From a virus, in the IMG/VR virus record IMGVR_UViG_3300036770_006530, positions 1-51,677 of that record: 51,677 nt of DNA; one strand, given 5' to 3'. The position numbers and the translations under genes are program-made. Of this stretch, positions 27,587-36,387 are shown one piece after another (positions within the stretch are counted from its first letter, which is position 1; each line of letters opens with the position of its first letter). The notes under the pieces were generated by a model that saw only the letters and a program-made list of their open reading frames with translations, did no database searches and was not told the origin of the DNA.

Positions 27587-28166
27587 GGCGCACCCCCTTC
27601 AGAATGAGATGTGATGGCAGCCGTACCGGATGCGGGCCGCCGGCCCGGGCACCCGTCTTGACCAGCTTGGCCCATGCCGGCCCGCCGCGCCGCACAGGCC
27701 GGGCGTCGGCATCCTCCGTGAACAGAAGCTGGGGCAGCAGCGACAGCAGGCAGACCAGGACCAGCGCGCGCGCACCCATGGCTATCTTCCGCGCCCATGG
27801 CTCCACGCCGGGCACCAGCTCCGCCAGGGCCATTGCATCGGCCACCCGCATATCGGGCGGCAGGCCGGGCGCATCGACCAGACCCGCCAGACGATCCAGC
27901 AGCCGGTTAACCCGCGCTTCCTTCTGGGCAAGCCGTCCCGCCAACTGCATATGTTCGTGCGCCTTGACCACGGCGCGCGCGTACCAGATTTCCCGCGCCC
28001 GTTCCGGGTCCAACCCGGCCAGACGGGCCGCGCGCACGATCTGCGCCTTCACACTTTCGCCGGGGCGCGGATGATGCAGCAGCCGGTGCAGCATCTGCAG
28101 GGCCTCTGCCGCCGCTTCCGCCGGGGTGACCACCACCGGCGGCCCCATGACGTCGTCAACCTGCAT
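27579..28166 (-). CDS. Hypothetical protein with a C-terminal TM segment
   Basis: ATG at 28166 after GGGAGAAA (MQVDDVMGPPVVV). Hydrophobic ALVLVCLLSLLPQLLF. Confidence 0.5.
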   Translation of the reverse strand: MQVDDVMGPPVVVTPAEAAAEALQMLHRLLHHPRPGESVKAQIVRAARLAGLDPERAREIWYARAVVKAHEHMQLAGRLAQKEARVNRLLDRLAGLVDAPGLPPDMRVADAMALAELVPGVEPWARKIAMGARALVLVCLLSLLPQLLFTEDADARPVRRGGPAWAKLVKTGARAGGPHPVRLPSHLILKGVRHA

Positions 28167-28569
28167 GGGATTTCTCCCATGGCTTTTGCACGCCTTCCCA
28201 CCGGTCGCACAGCATGCTGGCGCAGAGATCAGGAAGGGGATCGCGATGGCCTGGACGGAAGACGGATACGAGCGCCACTGCGCTGGGCCACGCCGGGCCC
28301 TGCGCCTGCGCATGGCCGACACCCTCGACCGCGCGGCGGAAAACGGAGGCATAAAAGCGCCGGCAATGGTCGCCGCCGATCACGGACGTGGACAGCCACA
28401 CCGGCTTCGCTTCCTCGCGGAACACCTGCGGCAACAGGTCTGGATATGACGGTTCAAGAAGGACGGGGCGGGCCTCTCTGTCGCACAGCGGCCCGCCCCG
28501 CCAGGAATCCCCCGCACGATGGCCGGCGGGGGCGGAGGAAAGGGGTGAAGGGGGAGCGGCGGCGGTCAT
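28156..28569 (-). CDS. Hypothetical protein
   Basis: 137 aa with an ATGA overlap to the Cro-like gene. Codon usage is acceptable. Confidence 0.4.
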   Translation of the reverse strand: MTAAAPPSPLSSAPAGHRAGDSWRGGPLCDREARPVLLEPSYPDLLPQVFREEAKPVWLSTSVIGGDHCRRFYASVFRRAVEGVGHAQAQGPAWPSAVALVSVFRPGHRDPLPDLCASMLCDRWEGVQKPWEKSHAG

Positions 28570-28784
28570 GCTGCATTCCTGCGTACAGGAGCGTAAAGGT
28601 CAGGACGCAGCATGCGGCCTTGGACCTTGCCTTCCGTCCACTCTTCAATGGCCGGCAGCACCTTTGGTGGGTAAAGCCGCGCTTTGCCCCATTTCTTCAA
28701 GGAGGACAACGACCACCCAAGGCCGCTTGCGGCGTCCTCAAGGGTCAGGTCATTGTCTTTGAGGTATTTCCGAAAGGCGTCCAT
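28566..28784 (-). CDS. Cro/YdaS-like HTH regulator
   Basis: MDAFRKYLKDNDLTLEDAASGLGWSLSSLKKWGKARLYPPKVLPAIEEWTEGKV. No obvious SD, and 28814 is an alternative start. Confidence 0.6.
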   Translation of the reverse strand: MDAFRKYLKDNDLTLEDAASGLGWSLSSLKKWGKARLYPPKVLPAIEEWTEGKVQGRMLRPDLYAPVRRNAA

Positions 28785-28792
28785 ATGAAACA

Positions 28793-28811
28793 GGTACACA
28801 AATTGTGTCCC
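28793..28811. promoter_or_regulatory. Operator copy c of GGGACACAA-NN-TGTGYACC (reverse orientation)
   Basis: GGTACACAAATTGTGTCCC, 9 nt upstream of the Cro-like ATG. Same motif as at 30288 and 30325. Confidence 0.6.
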
Positions 28812-28826
28812 CATCTTCAACAGAAA

Positions 28827-28896
28827 TGTGATCGCCCAACCACGCAATCGGATCACAGGCGGTGCAATACACAGCCTGTGATCCCGCCGCTATAGT
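28827..28896. promoter_or_regulatory. Divergent control region: TGTGATC/GATCACA half-sites (28827, 28851, 28877), a 10-bp inverted repeat GATCACAGGC/GCCTGTGATC (28851..28860 / 28874..28883) and a TATAGT -10 box (28891..28896)
   Basis: Read directly from the sequence. TATAGT ends 6 nt before the ATG at 28903, implying a leaderless or near-leaderless mRNA. Confidence 0.5.
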
Positions 28897-28902
28897 CCCG
28901 CT

Positions 28903-29259
28903 ATGGTAAAAACGCCGCGCAAATCCGGGCACCGGCTCATCTCCCAGGTGCCAACCGGGCCGCACGCCAACCGTTTGGGACAGGCGCGCGTAAAGGCAGG
29001 CCTGTCTCAATCCGAACTTATTGAACGGTCCGGTTTGTCCGAAAGCTACGTTAAACAGATGGAATCGGGCCGTCGGGCGCTGACCGCCGACGCGCTACTG
29101 GCCCTTTCTCAGGCCTTGTCCTGTGCGCCCGAAGACATCGCAATGCCTGACCCGGACACCCAAATCAAGGAAGCGATCCTGCTGGCCCGCTTCCGCATGA
29201 TGGCAGAGGATGATCGCCAGCTTTTTCTTGCGACCGCGCGCCGGCTGGCATCAGCATAG
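28903..29259 (+). CDS. XRE-family HTH regulator
   Basis: LGQARVKAGLSQSELIERSGLSESYVKQMESGRR is a classic XRE HTH. Confidence 0.7.
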   Translation: MVKTPRKSGHRLISQVPTGPHANRLGQARVKAGLSQSELIERSGLSESYVKQMESGRRALTADALLALSQALSCAPEDIAMPDPDTQIKEAILLARFRMMAEDDRQLFLATARRLASA

Positions 29260-29721
29260 CCACTGCCAACAGCGCGTCTTGTGCAGCCGGTGACAGCCCG
29301 CGCCATACCCCAATCAGCTCCGCCTCTTCCTTAACCTGTGCCATTACAACCGCCAGATTATCGCCTGCGCCTTCATTATGTGACTGCTATCCTAGACCAT
29401 AGGACTTTAATAGCAATCCCCCTTCGCGCGGACCCCATCCTAAAGCTCATGTCTGACGCAGATGACGCTGCGGATGAAACATGCATACTATGGCATGCCG
29501 TCCCGGTGGGGGAACGACAGTGCGCGGACGGTCCACGGTCGGTGCGGGTGCGTGCCCGCATAAAGGTCGGCGTTGGCAAGCGCCGGCCACCCCACTGGGC
29601 GGCTTGCGCAGCCTATCCAAAAGGATGGGTTCTGCGCAACCGTGAAAATGCATGCTACAATAGACCTGCGCGCAACGATTGCACACAGATGTATGCTTCT
29701 CCGGGCGGTGTTCACATACTG

Positions 29722-30099
29722 TTAATCGTCGCCACGCAGATTCAGCACCATCAATCGACCCAGGACCACATGGGCATGGCCCTGCGCCTCCTGGAATCGC
29801 CCAAGACGCACCGCCGTCGCCAGGTCCGCTACGGCGTCGCCCAACTGCGCCCGAACATCTTCGGGGGGTGACCCTGCTAGGGCCATGACTTCCACTCTGG
29901 TTATCGGCGGGGTGCCCTTGCCTGTCAGGGCATCGGCAATGCGCTGACAGATATCAACCGGCAGGTGCGGCCGGCGGTACAGGTCCGCATTCTCATAGCG
30001 CTGGTAGGATGATGCGCCCCGCCAACCGGCTGCAATCGCCAGCTGGCGCTTTGAAAGCCCCGCCCGGTGGCGCAATGCCCTCAGCTTTTCCGTAACCAA
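29722..30099 (-). CDS. XRE-family HTH repressor candidate (CI-like position), no S24 peptidase domain
   Basis: TTG start 6 nt after GGAG. LRALRHRAGLSKRQLAIAAGWRGASSYQRYE. Divergent from the rightward early operon. Confidence 0.65.
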   Translation of the reverse strand: MVTEKLRALRHRAGLSKRQLAIAAGWRGASSYQRYENADLYRRPHLPVDICQRIADALTGKGTPPITRVEVMALAGSPPEDVRAQLGDAVADLATAVRLGRFQEAQGHAHVVLGRLMVLNLRGDD

Positions 30100-30287
30100 T
30101 GCCGGCTCCGCCCTTCGCGCTGGATAGTGCGCGCCATTGTGCGCGGTGACGGTGTACGCGGTCGGCGTTGTACTTTAACGCAGATCACGCCAAGCCCCGC
30201 TGAATGGCTGGGATTCGTGTCAGGCAACACAGCCGCCCGCAGGCCAGAGGCATGGGCACAACGACCTTTTCGGCCTCACCGAAAATA

Positions 30288-30343
30288 GGGACACAAATTG
30301 TGCACCATTTTTCGCTTGCGGATAGGGACACAACATGTGTACC
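30288..30343. promoter_or_regulatory. Two direct operator copies GGGACACAAATTGTGCACC (30288..30306) and GGGACACAACATGTGTACC (30325..30343)
   Basis: Each contains the palindrome ACACAA-N-TTGTGT type core. They lie between the CI-like gene and the first rightward gene. Confidence 0.6.
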
Positions 30344-30353
30344 TGTTTAAGGC

Positions 30354-30368
30354 GCGAACGCGGTTCGC
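30354..30368. repeat. Dispersed palindrome copy 9 (spacer GCG)
   Basis: About 18 nt upstream of the ATG at 30387. Confidence 0.9.
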
Positions 30369-30386
30369 CATCGCACGGAGGTCACC

Positions 30387-30596
30387 ATGCACCCCGCCCT
30401 CTTACTGCTGCTTGTGGCGCATCTGGTCACGGGCCTGATTGCATTCCTGTCCTACTTCTGGCTGCACGACTGGCTGTACCCCGGCCACGACGTGAAGCGC
30501 CTTCATGCCGTGGCGCTGATCCTGGCCTGGCCTGTCGCCGGCCCCGTCCTGTTTCTGCCGCTGGCCCTGCGTGGTCTGCGGCTGATCCGGCTGTAA
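30387..30596 (+). CDS. Small two-helix membrane protein, first gene of the rightward operon
   Basis: GGAGG SD. ALLLLLVAHLVTGLIAFLSYFWL and HAVALILAWPVAGPVLFLPLAL. Confidence 0.6.
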   Translation: MHPALLLLLVAHLVTGLIAFLSYFWLHDWLYPGHDVKRLHAVALILAWPVAGPVLFLPLALRGLRLIRL

Positions 30597-30607
30597 GGGA
30601 GAGGGCC

Positions 30608-31042
30608 ATGCTGACCCAATCGCTTCGCCCCGGCGCGCGGGCTGGGCTGTCCACCCTGGTCGCGATCCTTTACCACCCCCTGCCGCCCTGTCGGCAGAAC
30701 ACCTTGGCCGCCGCCATCTTCGGTTCCCTGACAGCGGAAAAGCCGCTGGGGCTGGAATATCGCCGCCTCGGTATCGTGTCGGGCGAACCAGACCTGGCAC
30801 AGGTCACCCTGTGCCCGGCACTGCTGAAAGAGGCGGGCCTTTTGCCCGATGGCGCGGCGGTGTTTCCCGTGCTGCGGGCGCTTGACGCCCTGCCTGCATC
30901 GGCCCAAACCACGGTGGACGTGAACAACCGCCACATCCCCGCCATCGTGATCGATCCCATCCTGATCCGGGCCTTACTGACCATTGATGGTCAACTGCCC
31001 CCGGCTGGCATCATGGCGGCCGCCACCGCCGGGGCGGCCTGA
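30608..31042 (+). CDS. Hypothetical protein
   Basis: ATG at 30608 after GGGAGAGGG. Trimmed from the track ORF 30335..31042. Confidence 0.5.
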   Translation: MLTQSLRPGARAGLSTLVAILYHPLPPCRQNTLAAAIFGSLTAEKPLGLEYRRLGIVSGEPDLAQVTLCPALLKEAGLLPDGAAVFPVLRALDALPASAQTTVDVNNRHIPAIVIDPILIRALLTIDGQLPPAGIMAAATAGAA

Positions 31043-31043
31043 C

Positions 31044-31436
31044 ATGGGCAACGATCTGTTCACGGCATTGGCCGAACCGCATGAGGATGGCAGCATCACC
31101 TTGCTGCGCCCCATGCCCGTCGCCACGGCACGGGCCACCGTGGCCGCCCACGGCACGCCGCGTGCGCGGCTGATGCGGGTGGCCCTGCACCTGACCGCCT
31201 TCTATGACGGCCCGCCCGCCCGCTGGCCCGCGACGCCCCTGTCGGCACCTGGATTGCCGGGCGCCGGCGTACAGCAGCTGGGCGTGATCACTGACGATGG
31301 CAGCGGCCTGATCCTGCCCCAGGGCTGGGATATCGAAGACGCCTACGCCGAAGCCGTCGAAATCCGCGAGGCTGGCCGCATGGCCCGCATCGTCGGCCTG
31401 ACCTGGACCCCCCTGGTCGCACCCGTCGCCGCCTGA
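31044..31436 (+). CDS. Hypothetical protein
   Basis: ATG lies 1 nt after the upstream TGA. Confidence 0.5.
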   Translation: MGNDLFTALAEPHEDGSITLLRPMPVATARATVAAHGTPRARLMRVALHLTAFYDGPPARWPATPLSAPGLPGAGVQQLGVITDDGSGLILPQGWDIEDAYAEAVEIREAGRMARIVGLTWTPLVAPVAA

Positions 31437-31494
31437 CCCTTTCCCTTTCTCATGATCACGCCCGGCCATGCGGCCCGGGCGAATGGAGACGCGC

Positions 31495-31692
31495 ATGTCT
31501 TTACCGACCTACGACGACGCCTTACAGGCCGCCCGCACGGGCAAGCCCTCGGCAAGCTACCTGCAACGACACTTGCGCATCGGCTACACGCTGGCGGCGA
31601 CCTTCCTTCGCCAGATGGAGCTGAGCGGGGCCGTGACCGCCCCCGACCGCCATGGCAAGCGCCACCTGATCACCCAGACGAAGGAGGCCTGA
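31495..31692 (+). CDS. Stand-alone FtsK-gamma-like winged-helix protein
   Basis: SASYLQRHLRIGYTLAATFLRQMELSGAVTAPDRHGKRHLI closely resembles the FtsK gamma motif (LQRxxRIGYxRAAxxxxxME..G.V....G.R.VL). GGAG lies 7 nt upstream. Confidence 0.65.
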   Translation: MSLPTYDDALQAARTGKPSASYLQRHLRIGYTLAATFLRQMELSGAVTAPDRHGKRHLITQTKEA

Positions 31693-31695
31693 ACC

Positions 31696-34296
31696 ATGGC
31701 CAACGCAGCCGTTAAACAGGACCCTGCCGCCCTTGTGGCCGAAGCCATTACCGATCTCCAGCGTGTTGCCGATGCCGCCGCCACCCTGACGGAACCGCGC
31801 GCTGGTGAGACGAAGGGCGACTATGTCCGCCGCATGCGCCAGGAACGGGGCATGTCGGCCAAACAGTTCGCGACCGCCGCCAGCATCACGGCCAAACAGG
31901 CAGGCCAGGCCGAAAGCGACCCTGACAAGTTGGGCAACCTGAATGACTGGCTTCGAATTGAACGCACCCTGGACATCCCGACCTACACCCTGTCCCATTG
32001 GGGTCAGGCGAAACCCGACAAGCCCGACAACGCCTTCGGTCGCGCCAAAGACAAGCCCCATGAAGGCGAAACGCGTGGCGACTATCTCCAGCGCATCCTG
32101 ACCCTGCGTGAAATGGATACCGAACAGCTGGCGGATATGCTGGTCCTGGATCCGGACGAGGTGCGCCAGGCGGTGGAAGAGCCGTGGCGGCACCTCTATG
32201 GCCAGGATGTGTTGTGGGAGGCGATTGCCACCGGCCTGAACCTGCCGGTGGATTACATCCTGTCCACACCGGTTCATGCCCCGGTGGCGGACCTCTCCCC
32301 CACGATGGATCGCGACGCGTCCGCCACGCCGGCCGACGCGGCACCGATGCCAACGGCAGAGAATGGCGCCGTCATTGCCTTGGCTGTCGATCAGATCAAG
32401 CCGCAGAACTATCGCCGGACCTTTTCAACGGCCTCGCTGACGGAGCTGGCGCAAAGTCTTGCCGCACAGGGGCAGCTGCAACCCGTTCTGGTGCGCCCTG
32501 CCCCCGGCCATTGGGCGTTGATCGCCGGCGAACGCCGGTGGCGCGCGGCGCAGCTGGGGATCGAACAGGGCATCCTGCCCGCCACCTTCACCCTGAATGC
32601 CACCGTCCGCACCGACATCGATGCCGACGCGCATGTCTTGGCCAGCTTGGTCGAAAACCTTCAGCGCGAAGACGTACCCCCGCTGGAGGAGGCCGAAGCC
32701 CTGGCCCTGGCCCGCAAGCGGTGGAGCGCGACAGAGATCGCCAAGGCCATCAGCAAGACGCCGCGCTTCATCCAGCAGCGGCTGGCCCTGGTGGAGAAAC
32801 TGTCCGGCCCGACCAAACAGGCTTTGGCCGATGGCGACATCACGGTAACCTTTGCCCGCCTCCTGGCTCGCGTAGGCCCTGCGACACAGGCCGAATTGCT
32901 GGTGGAAATCCGCCGCGGATATTTCGGTACGGCAAAGCAGCTGGAGGAACGCATCCAGCGCCTGACCTTCGATCCCGATAAGGCCATCTTCAGTCCGCTG
33001 CTCTATAACGGACCAACCATCACCGACGAAGATAACAAGCTCTGGTACACCGACCTTGGGCTGGTGAAGAAACTTCAACTCGAAGCGGCCAAAGACAAGG
33101 CGGCCGAGCTCCGGCAACAGGGCTATGGCTATGTAGAGGTCATTGAGGGCGGGCACTTTAGCGCCGTCGATGGCGGTTACTACATGCAAGAGCGGAACCT
33201 GACCATTCGCAAGGGCGACCGCCCCTTGCCCGCCGGCGCCCACCGCGCCGCCATCATCGCCATCAAGAATGACCTGTCGGTGGAAATCCACGCGAACCTG
33301 GTTCGCACGGACACGAAGCCCACCTCGCCCAAGGCCAAGGCCGCCGCCGCTGGCACCATCGTTGACCCGTCACAGTTGGTGGGCGAAGGACAGAGGCTCT
33401 ACGCGGAAAAGGCCCGCACCCGCGCCTTGCAGGCCGCGATCATGCGCGATGAACAGGCCCAGATGGCCGTGGTGGCCATCGGCATGTTGCAGAAGGCCAG
33501 CTGGGGTCAGCCCATCAGCTTTCGCGATGAACATTGGCCTCCACACCGCCTGACGGTTCTGCCGGCTTTAAGCGAACAGTTGCAGGAGGTGTTGGACACC
33601 TATCCCGGACTGTTGGCGGACCTGACAAAGGAACCGCGCGGCGGCGTTGGCGACCGCCTGGATAAGGCTGAACACCCGCAGGTGGTCCTGTGGCACACAC
33701 TGATGACCATGGAGTATGAGGACCTGGTCGCGCTGATCGGGCTGTTGGCCGCCGCCCGCGTCATGGCCGGCAATGGCGGTTTTGAGTTGGGCGAACAGGA
33801 CCTCTGCATCGCCATGGCCGACAGCCTGAACGTCCAGATGGACGTCAAATGGCAGATCGATGCCGAATACCTGTCGACCCTGAAGAAGCCGCAGCTGATC
33901 GCGCTGGCCCATGCCATCGGCATGTTCACCATGGCCCGGCAGATGGCAGACGGCGCCAAGAAGGAACACACGCAGCGCGGGGCCTTCACCGGCCTGAAGA
34001 TGGCCGCAATGGCCGCCGCCATCCTGGATTATGTGCAGACCCACAATATCCGCTATGTCCCGCCGGAGCTGCGCTTCCTGCGCAAGGATGAAGCGGTAGA
34101 GCGTACCCGCGCCGAACTCGCCGATGGCGCTCCATGCAGCTGGATTGAGAATGGCCCCGCCGATCCCGCCCCACCCCATCCGGCCTGGGCACGCCAGCCG
34201 ACGGCGCCGCCGCCACTGACCCCGACAGAACCCGACGATGACGCCGGCGACGACGATGGCGACGTCGAAGATCTCGACACCGACGAAGCCGCCTGA
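31696..34296 (+). CDS. Large ParB/Srx N-terminal-domain protein (866 aa) with duplicated HTH-like N-terminal segments and a long uncharacterised C-terminal region
   Basis: AAGGAGG SD. ParB box LIAGERRWRAAQL and LVENLQREDV. Confidence 0.75.
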   Translation: MANAAVKQDPAALVAEAITDLQRVADAAATLTEPRAGETKGDYVRRMRQERGMSAKQFATAASITAKQAGQAESDPDKLGNLNDWLRIERTLDIPTYTLSHWGQAKPDKPDNAFGRAKDKPHEGETRGDYLQRILTLREMDTEQLADMLVLDPDEVRQAVEEPWRHLYGQDVLWEAIATGLNLPVDYILSTPVHAPVADLSPTMDRDASATPADAAPMPTAENGAVIALAVDQIKPQNYRRTFSTASLTELAQSLAAQGQLQPVLVRPAPGHWALIAGERRWRAAQLGIEQGILPATFTLNATVRTDIDADAHVLASLVENLQREDVPPLEEAEALALARKRWSATEIAKAISKTPRFIQQRLALVEKLSGPTKQALADGDITVTFARLLARVGPATQAELLVEIRRGYFGTAKQLEERIQRLTFDPDKAIFSPLLYNGPTITDEDNKLWYTDLGLVKKLQLEAAKDKAAELRQQGYGYVEVIEGGHFSAVDGGYYMQERNLTIRKGDRPLPAGAHRAAIIAIKNDLSVEIHANLVRTDTKPTSPKAKAAAAGTIVDPSQLVGEGQRLYAEKARTRALQAAIMRDEQAQMAVVAIGMLQKASWGQPISFRDEHWPPHRLTVLPALSEQLQEVLDTYPGLLADLTKEPRGGVGDRLDKAEHPQVVLWHTLMTMEYEDLVALIGLLAAARVMAGNGGFELGEQDLCIAMADSLNVQMDVKWQIDAEYLSTLKKPQLIALAHAIGMFTMARQMADGAKKEHTQRGAFTGLKMAAMAAAILDYVQTHNIRYVPPELRFLRKDEAVERTRAELADGAPCSWIENGPADPAPPHPAWARQPTAPPPLTPTEPDDDAGDDDGDVEDLDTDEAA
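33292..33306. repeat. Dispersed palindrome copy 10 (spacer CTG)
   Basis: Inside the ParB-like CDS. Confidence 0.9.
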
Positions 34297-34338
34297 TGCG
34301 GCCCGTGTGCGCCGGCGGACAGGCGCGGAGCAACCATC

Positions 34339-34950
34339 ATGCATGACATGCCCCATCTTTACGCACCCACACCCGCGCCCGATCAGGCCGCGATGCGGGC
34401 CGATCTCCTCCACCGTGCGCTGGAAGAGACCGGCAAGCTGTCCACCGCCCTGGATCTGGCGGAACGCGCGTGGCGCTTCATCCATCCCTGGTCAATGACT
34501 GCTGCCATGGTGGCGGACCTGAAGGCCTCCATCTGGGACGCCCCAATGGAAACCGAACCGGCCATGCCCCCCCCCAGCGCCACACCAGCACAGGCAGCTC
34601 CTGCCCCCGCTACGCCGGCGGGCGCCACTGACGGCATGGGCACACAGGTCGTGGTCGACCCGCCACCGGAGAAGCTGGCCACCGAACCGGCGGCATCTGC
34701 CCCGGCTCCGCCGGCACCGATCCCGCAGATCTACCAGCCAGCGGCAAAGGCAGCAGCGGAGGAAAGTCAGGTCCGGATCTGGACGGCGGAGGATGAGGCG
34801 CGGCTGCGCCAGCTCTACCACGCCGGCAAGACGGACAATCAGATCGGCAAAGAGCTGGGCCGCAGCGCCAAAGCCGTGTCGATCCGGATTGCCAAGCTGA
34901 AGCTGAAACAGGACCGGCAGGGCCAGAGCAATGACGGGGGCGATGGGTAG
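34339..34950 (+). CDS. Protein with a C-terminal GcrA-like/Myb-like HTH
   Basis: IWTAEDEARLRQLYHAGKTDNQIGKELGRSAKAVSIRIAKLKL resembles the GcrA N-terminal DNA-binding domain. It has a Pro/Ala-rich linker. Confidence 0.55.
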   Translation: MHDMPHLYAPTPAPDQAAMRADLLHRALEETGKLSTALDLAERAWRFIHPWSMTAAMVADLKASIWDAPMETEPAMPPPSATPAQAAPAPATPAGATDGMGTQVVVDPPPEKLATEPAASAPAPPAPIPQIYQPAAKAAAEESQVRIWTAEDEARLRQLYHAGKTDNQIGKELGRSAKAVSIRIAKLKLKQDRQGQSNDGGDG

Positions 34951-35206
34951 CTCCCCTGCCCCACCATCACCACCCGCGCCAGCCCCGCTTGTGCCGGCGG
35001 TGACGCCGGCACCCTACCGCAAACCGGTTGAACTGCCGCCTGCGCCCAGGCGCAGCAACCGCCCCTCTGTCAGCAAATCTGGCCAGGGGCGGCGGGGCGT
35101 CAGCAACGCCGATCAGGCCCTGATCGACCAGGCCATCGCCGAAGGCCGCGTCACCAAATGCGCCCCCGGTGCCGACCTGTCGTACCGGCCCAGCTGGTGG
35201 AAATGA
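34931..35206 (+). CDS. Hypothetical Pro-rich protein
   Basis: ORF coupled to the next gene by ATGA. Start is uncertain (34931 or 34943). Confidence 0.4.
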   Translation: MTGAMGSSPAPPSPPAPAPLVPAVTPAPYRKPVELPPAPRRSNRPSVSKSGQGRRGVSNADQALIDQAIAEGRVTKCAPGADLSYRPSWWK

Positions 35207-36384
35207 AGGAACTGACAATGCACCACCCACCCGGCCACAGCAAAGCCACTCGCGCCGCTGTGGAACAGCTGCATGCGATGCACCGCGCTGCCCAGGCACA
35301 GGCCCGACGTGAAACCCAGGCCGCCCGCGCGGATCTCGGACGTGTCCGGCGGGCGGCCAAGGCGCTCTTGAAAACGCTTCGCCGCCTGCCGGTCGGGACC
35401 GTGCCGGAACCGACCGCCACCCACCTAACCATCAAGATTGGGGCGTTGACCAACGCCCTGACCATTACGCCCACCGAAGACGGCCGCATCCCCCTGGCGG
35501 ACAGGGGCGGAGATATTGACATGACCAATCCTAACCCCGTGTCCCTGCCCATCGCCATCAACCGAACGCCCGGCACGCCGCGCTTCGAACAGCTCCTTTC
35601 CGAGGCGCAGGCAGTGCATGCGACCTGGGGGACGGCGACGGAAGCCCAACGCGAGATGGCACGGGCCATCGCGACCGCCGCCATTCTGACCTATGGCGAC
35701 ATGGACACGGTCATGTTCCAGCAGTTTCTGGACCGCGGCATCTGGAACGACCATTCCGCCGTCCAGTCCGCGCTGATCGCCATCCGCATGTTGCCGGCCA
35801 TGGACTTGCTGGCCGCCAGGCTCAATCTCGCCAAGCTGGCGATAGAGGTTGAGGCAGAACGCTATCCAGGCACGCCGATGACGACTGACCAGGCGCGGAC
35901 AGACAGCGAGAAGGAACTTGTGTCCATCTTGGACAGGATCGGCGGCATGGCCGTCGGCATGATGGAGGACCCATTTCAGGCTGACGGGCTTACCGGGACA
36001 ACGCTTTCGGTCGTGATGGACATCCTGACGGAACGTCGGCGACAGGCCGACAAAGGCTGGACGCCGGCACACGACGACGAACATGACCAGGATGGCCGCC
36101 TCGCCATCGCCGGCGCCGCTTACGCGCTACAGGCGATCACGCCGGCAGCGACCACGGCCACACCCTCCGATGAGGGCAAGCGACCATGGGAATCTCCGAC
36201 CATCACGGAAGGCCCCCTCAGTCGCGGCAAGATTGCCCAGCTGCTGACGGCCCATTGCGTGGCCCTGTCGCCCTGCAATCACACAAAGCGCCTGACACCG
36301 CGCGAACAGCTGGTCAGGGCGGGAGCCTGCATCGTGGCAGAGATTGAGCGCATCGACCGCACCAGCAGCACGACGGAGGCCTGA
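35203..36384 (+). CDS. Hypothetical protein with conserved-looking C-terminal DKGWTPAHDDEHDQDGRLAIAGAAYAL motif
   Basis: 393 aa. An alternative start at 35218 has AAGGA upstream. Confidence 0.5.
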   Translation: MKELTMHHPPGHSKATRAAVEQLHAMHRAAQAQARRETQAARADLGRVRRAAKALLKTLRRLPVGTVPEPTATHLTIKIGALTNALTITPTEDGRIPLADRGGDIDMTNPNPVSLPIAINRTPGTPRFEQLLSEAQAVHATWGTATEAQREMARAIATAAILTYGDMDTVMFQQFLDRGIWNDHSAVQSALIAIRMLPAMDLLAARLNLAKLAIEVEAERYPGTPMTTDQARTDSEKELVSILDRIGGMAVGMMEDPFQADGLTGTTLSVVMDILTERRRQADKGWTPAHDDEHDQDGRLAIAGAAYALQAITPAATTATPSDEGKRPWESPTITEGPLSRGKIAQLLTAHCVALSPCNHTKRLTPREQLVRAGACIVAEIERIDRTSSTTEA

Positions 36385-36387
36385 ACG

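Noticed and set aside
8753-28895. Other long antisense ORFs (for example 8753..9715, 11644..12912, 15488..16522, 16377..17609, 23151..24653, 24990..25898, 27630..28895)
   Set aside because: Each lies opposite a gene with clear family motifs (tail tube, capsid, portal, terminase, PrimPol). Their products are Arg/Pro/Gly-biased, and none has an SD or coupling context.
29338-29871. 177-aa plus-strand ORF between the two XRE genes
   Set aside because: It uses rare codons (CTA, ATA, TTA, AGG, AGA), has no SD, and runs 150 nt antisense into the CI-like gene. It is kept only as an unassigned region.
30335-30607. Upstream extension of ORF 30335..31042
   Set aside because: The extension would overlap the operators, a dispersed palindrome and the well-supported 30387..30596 gene. 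An internal ATG at 30608 with GGGAGAGGG is the better start.
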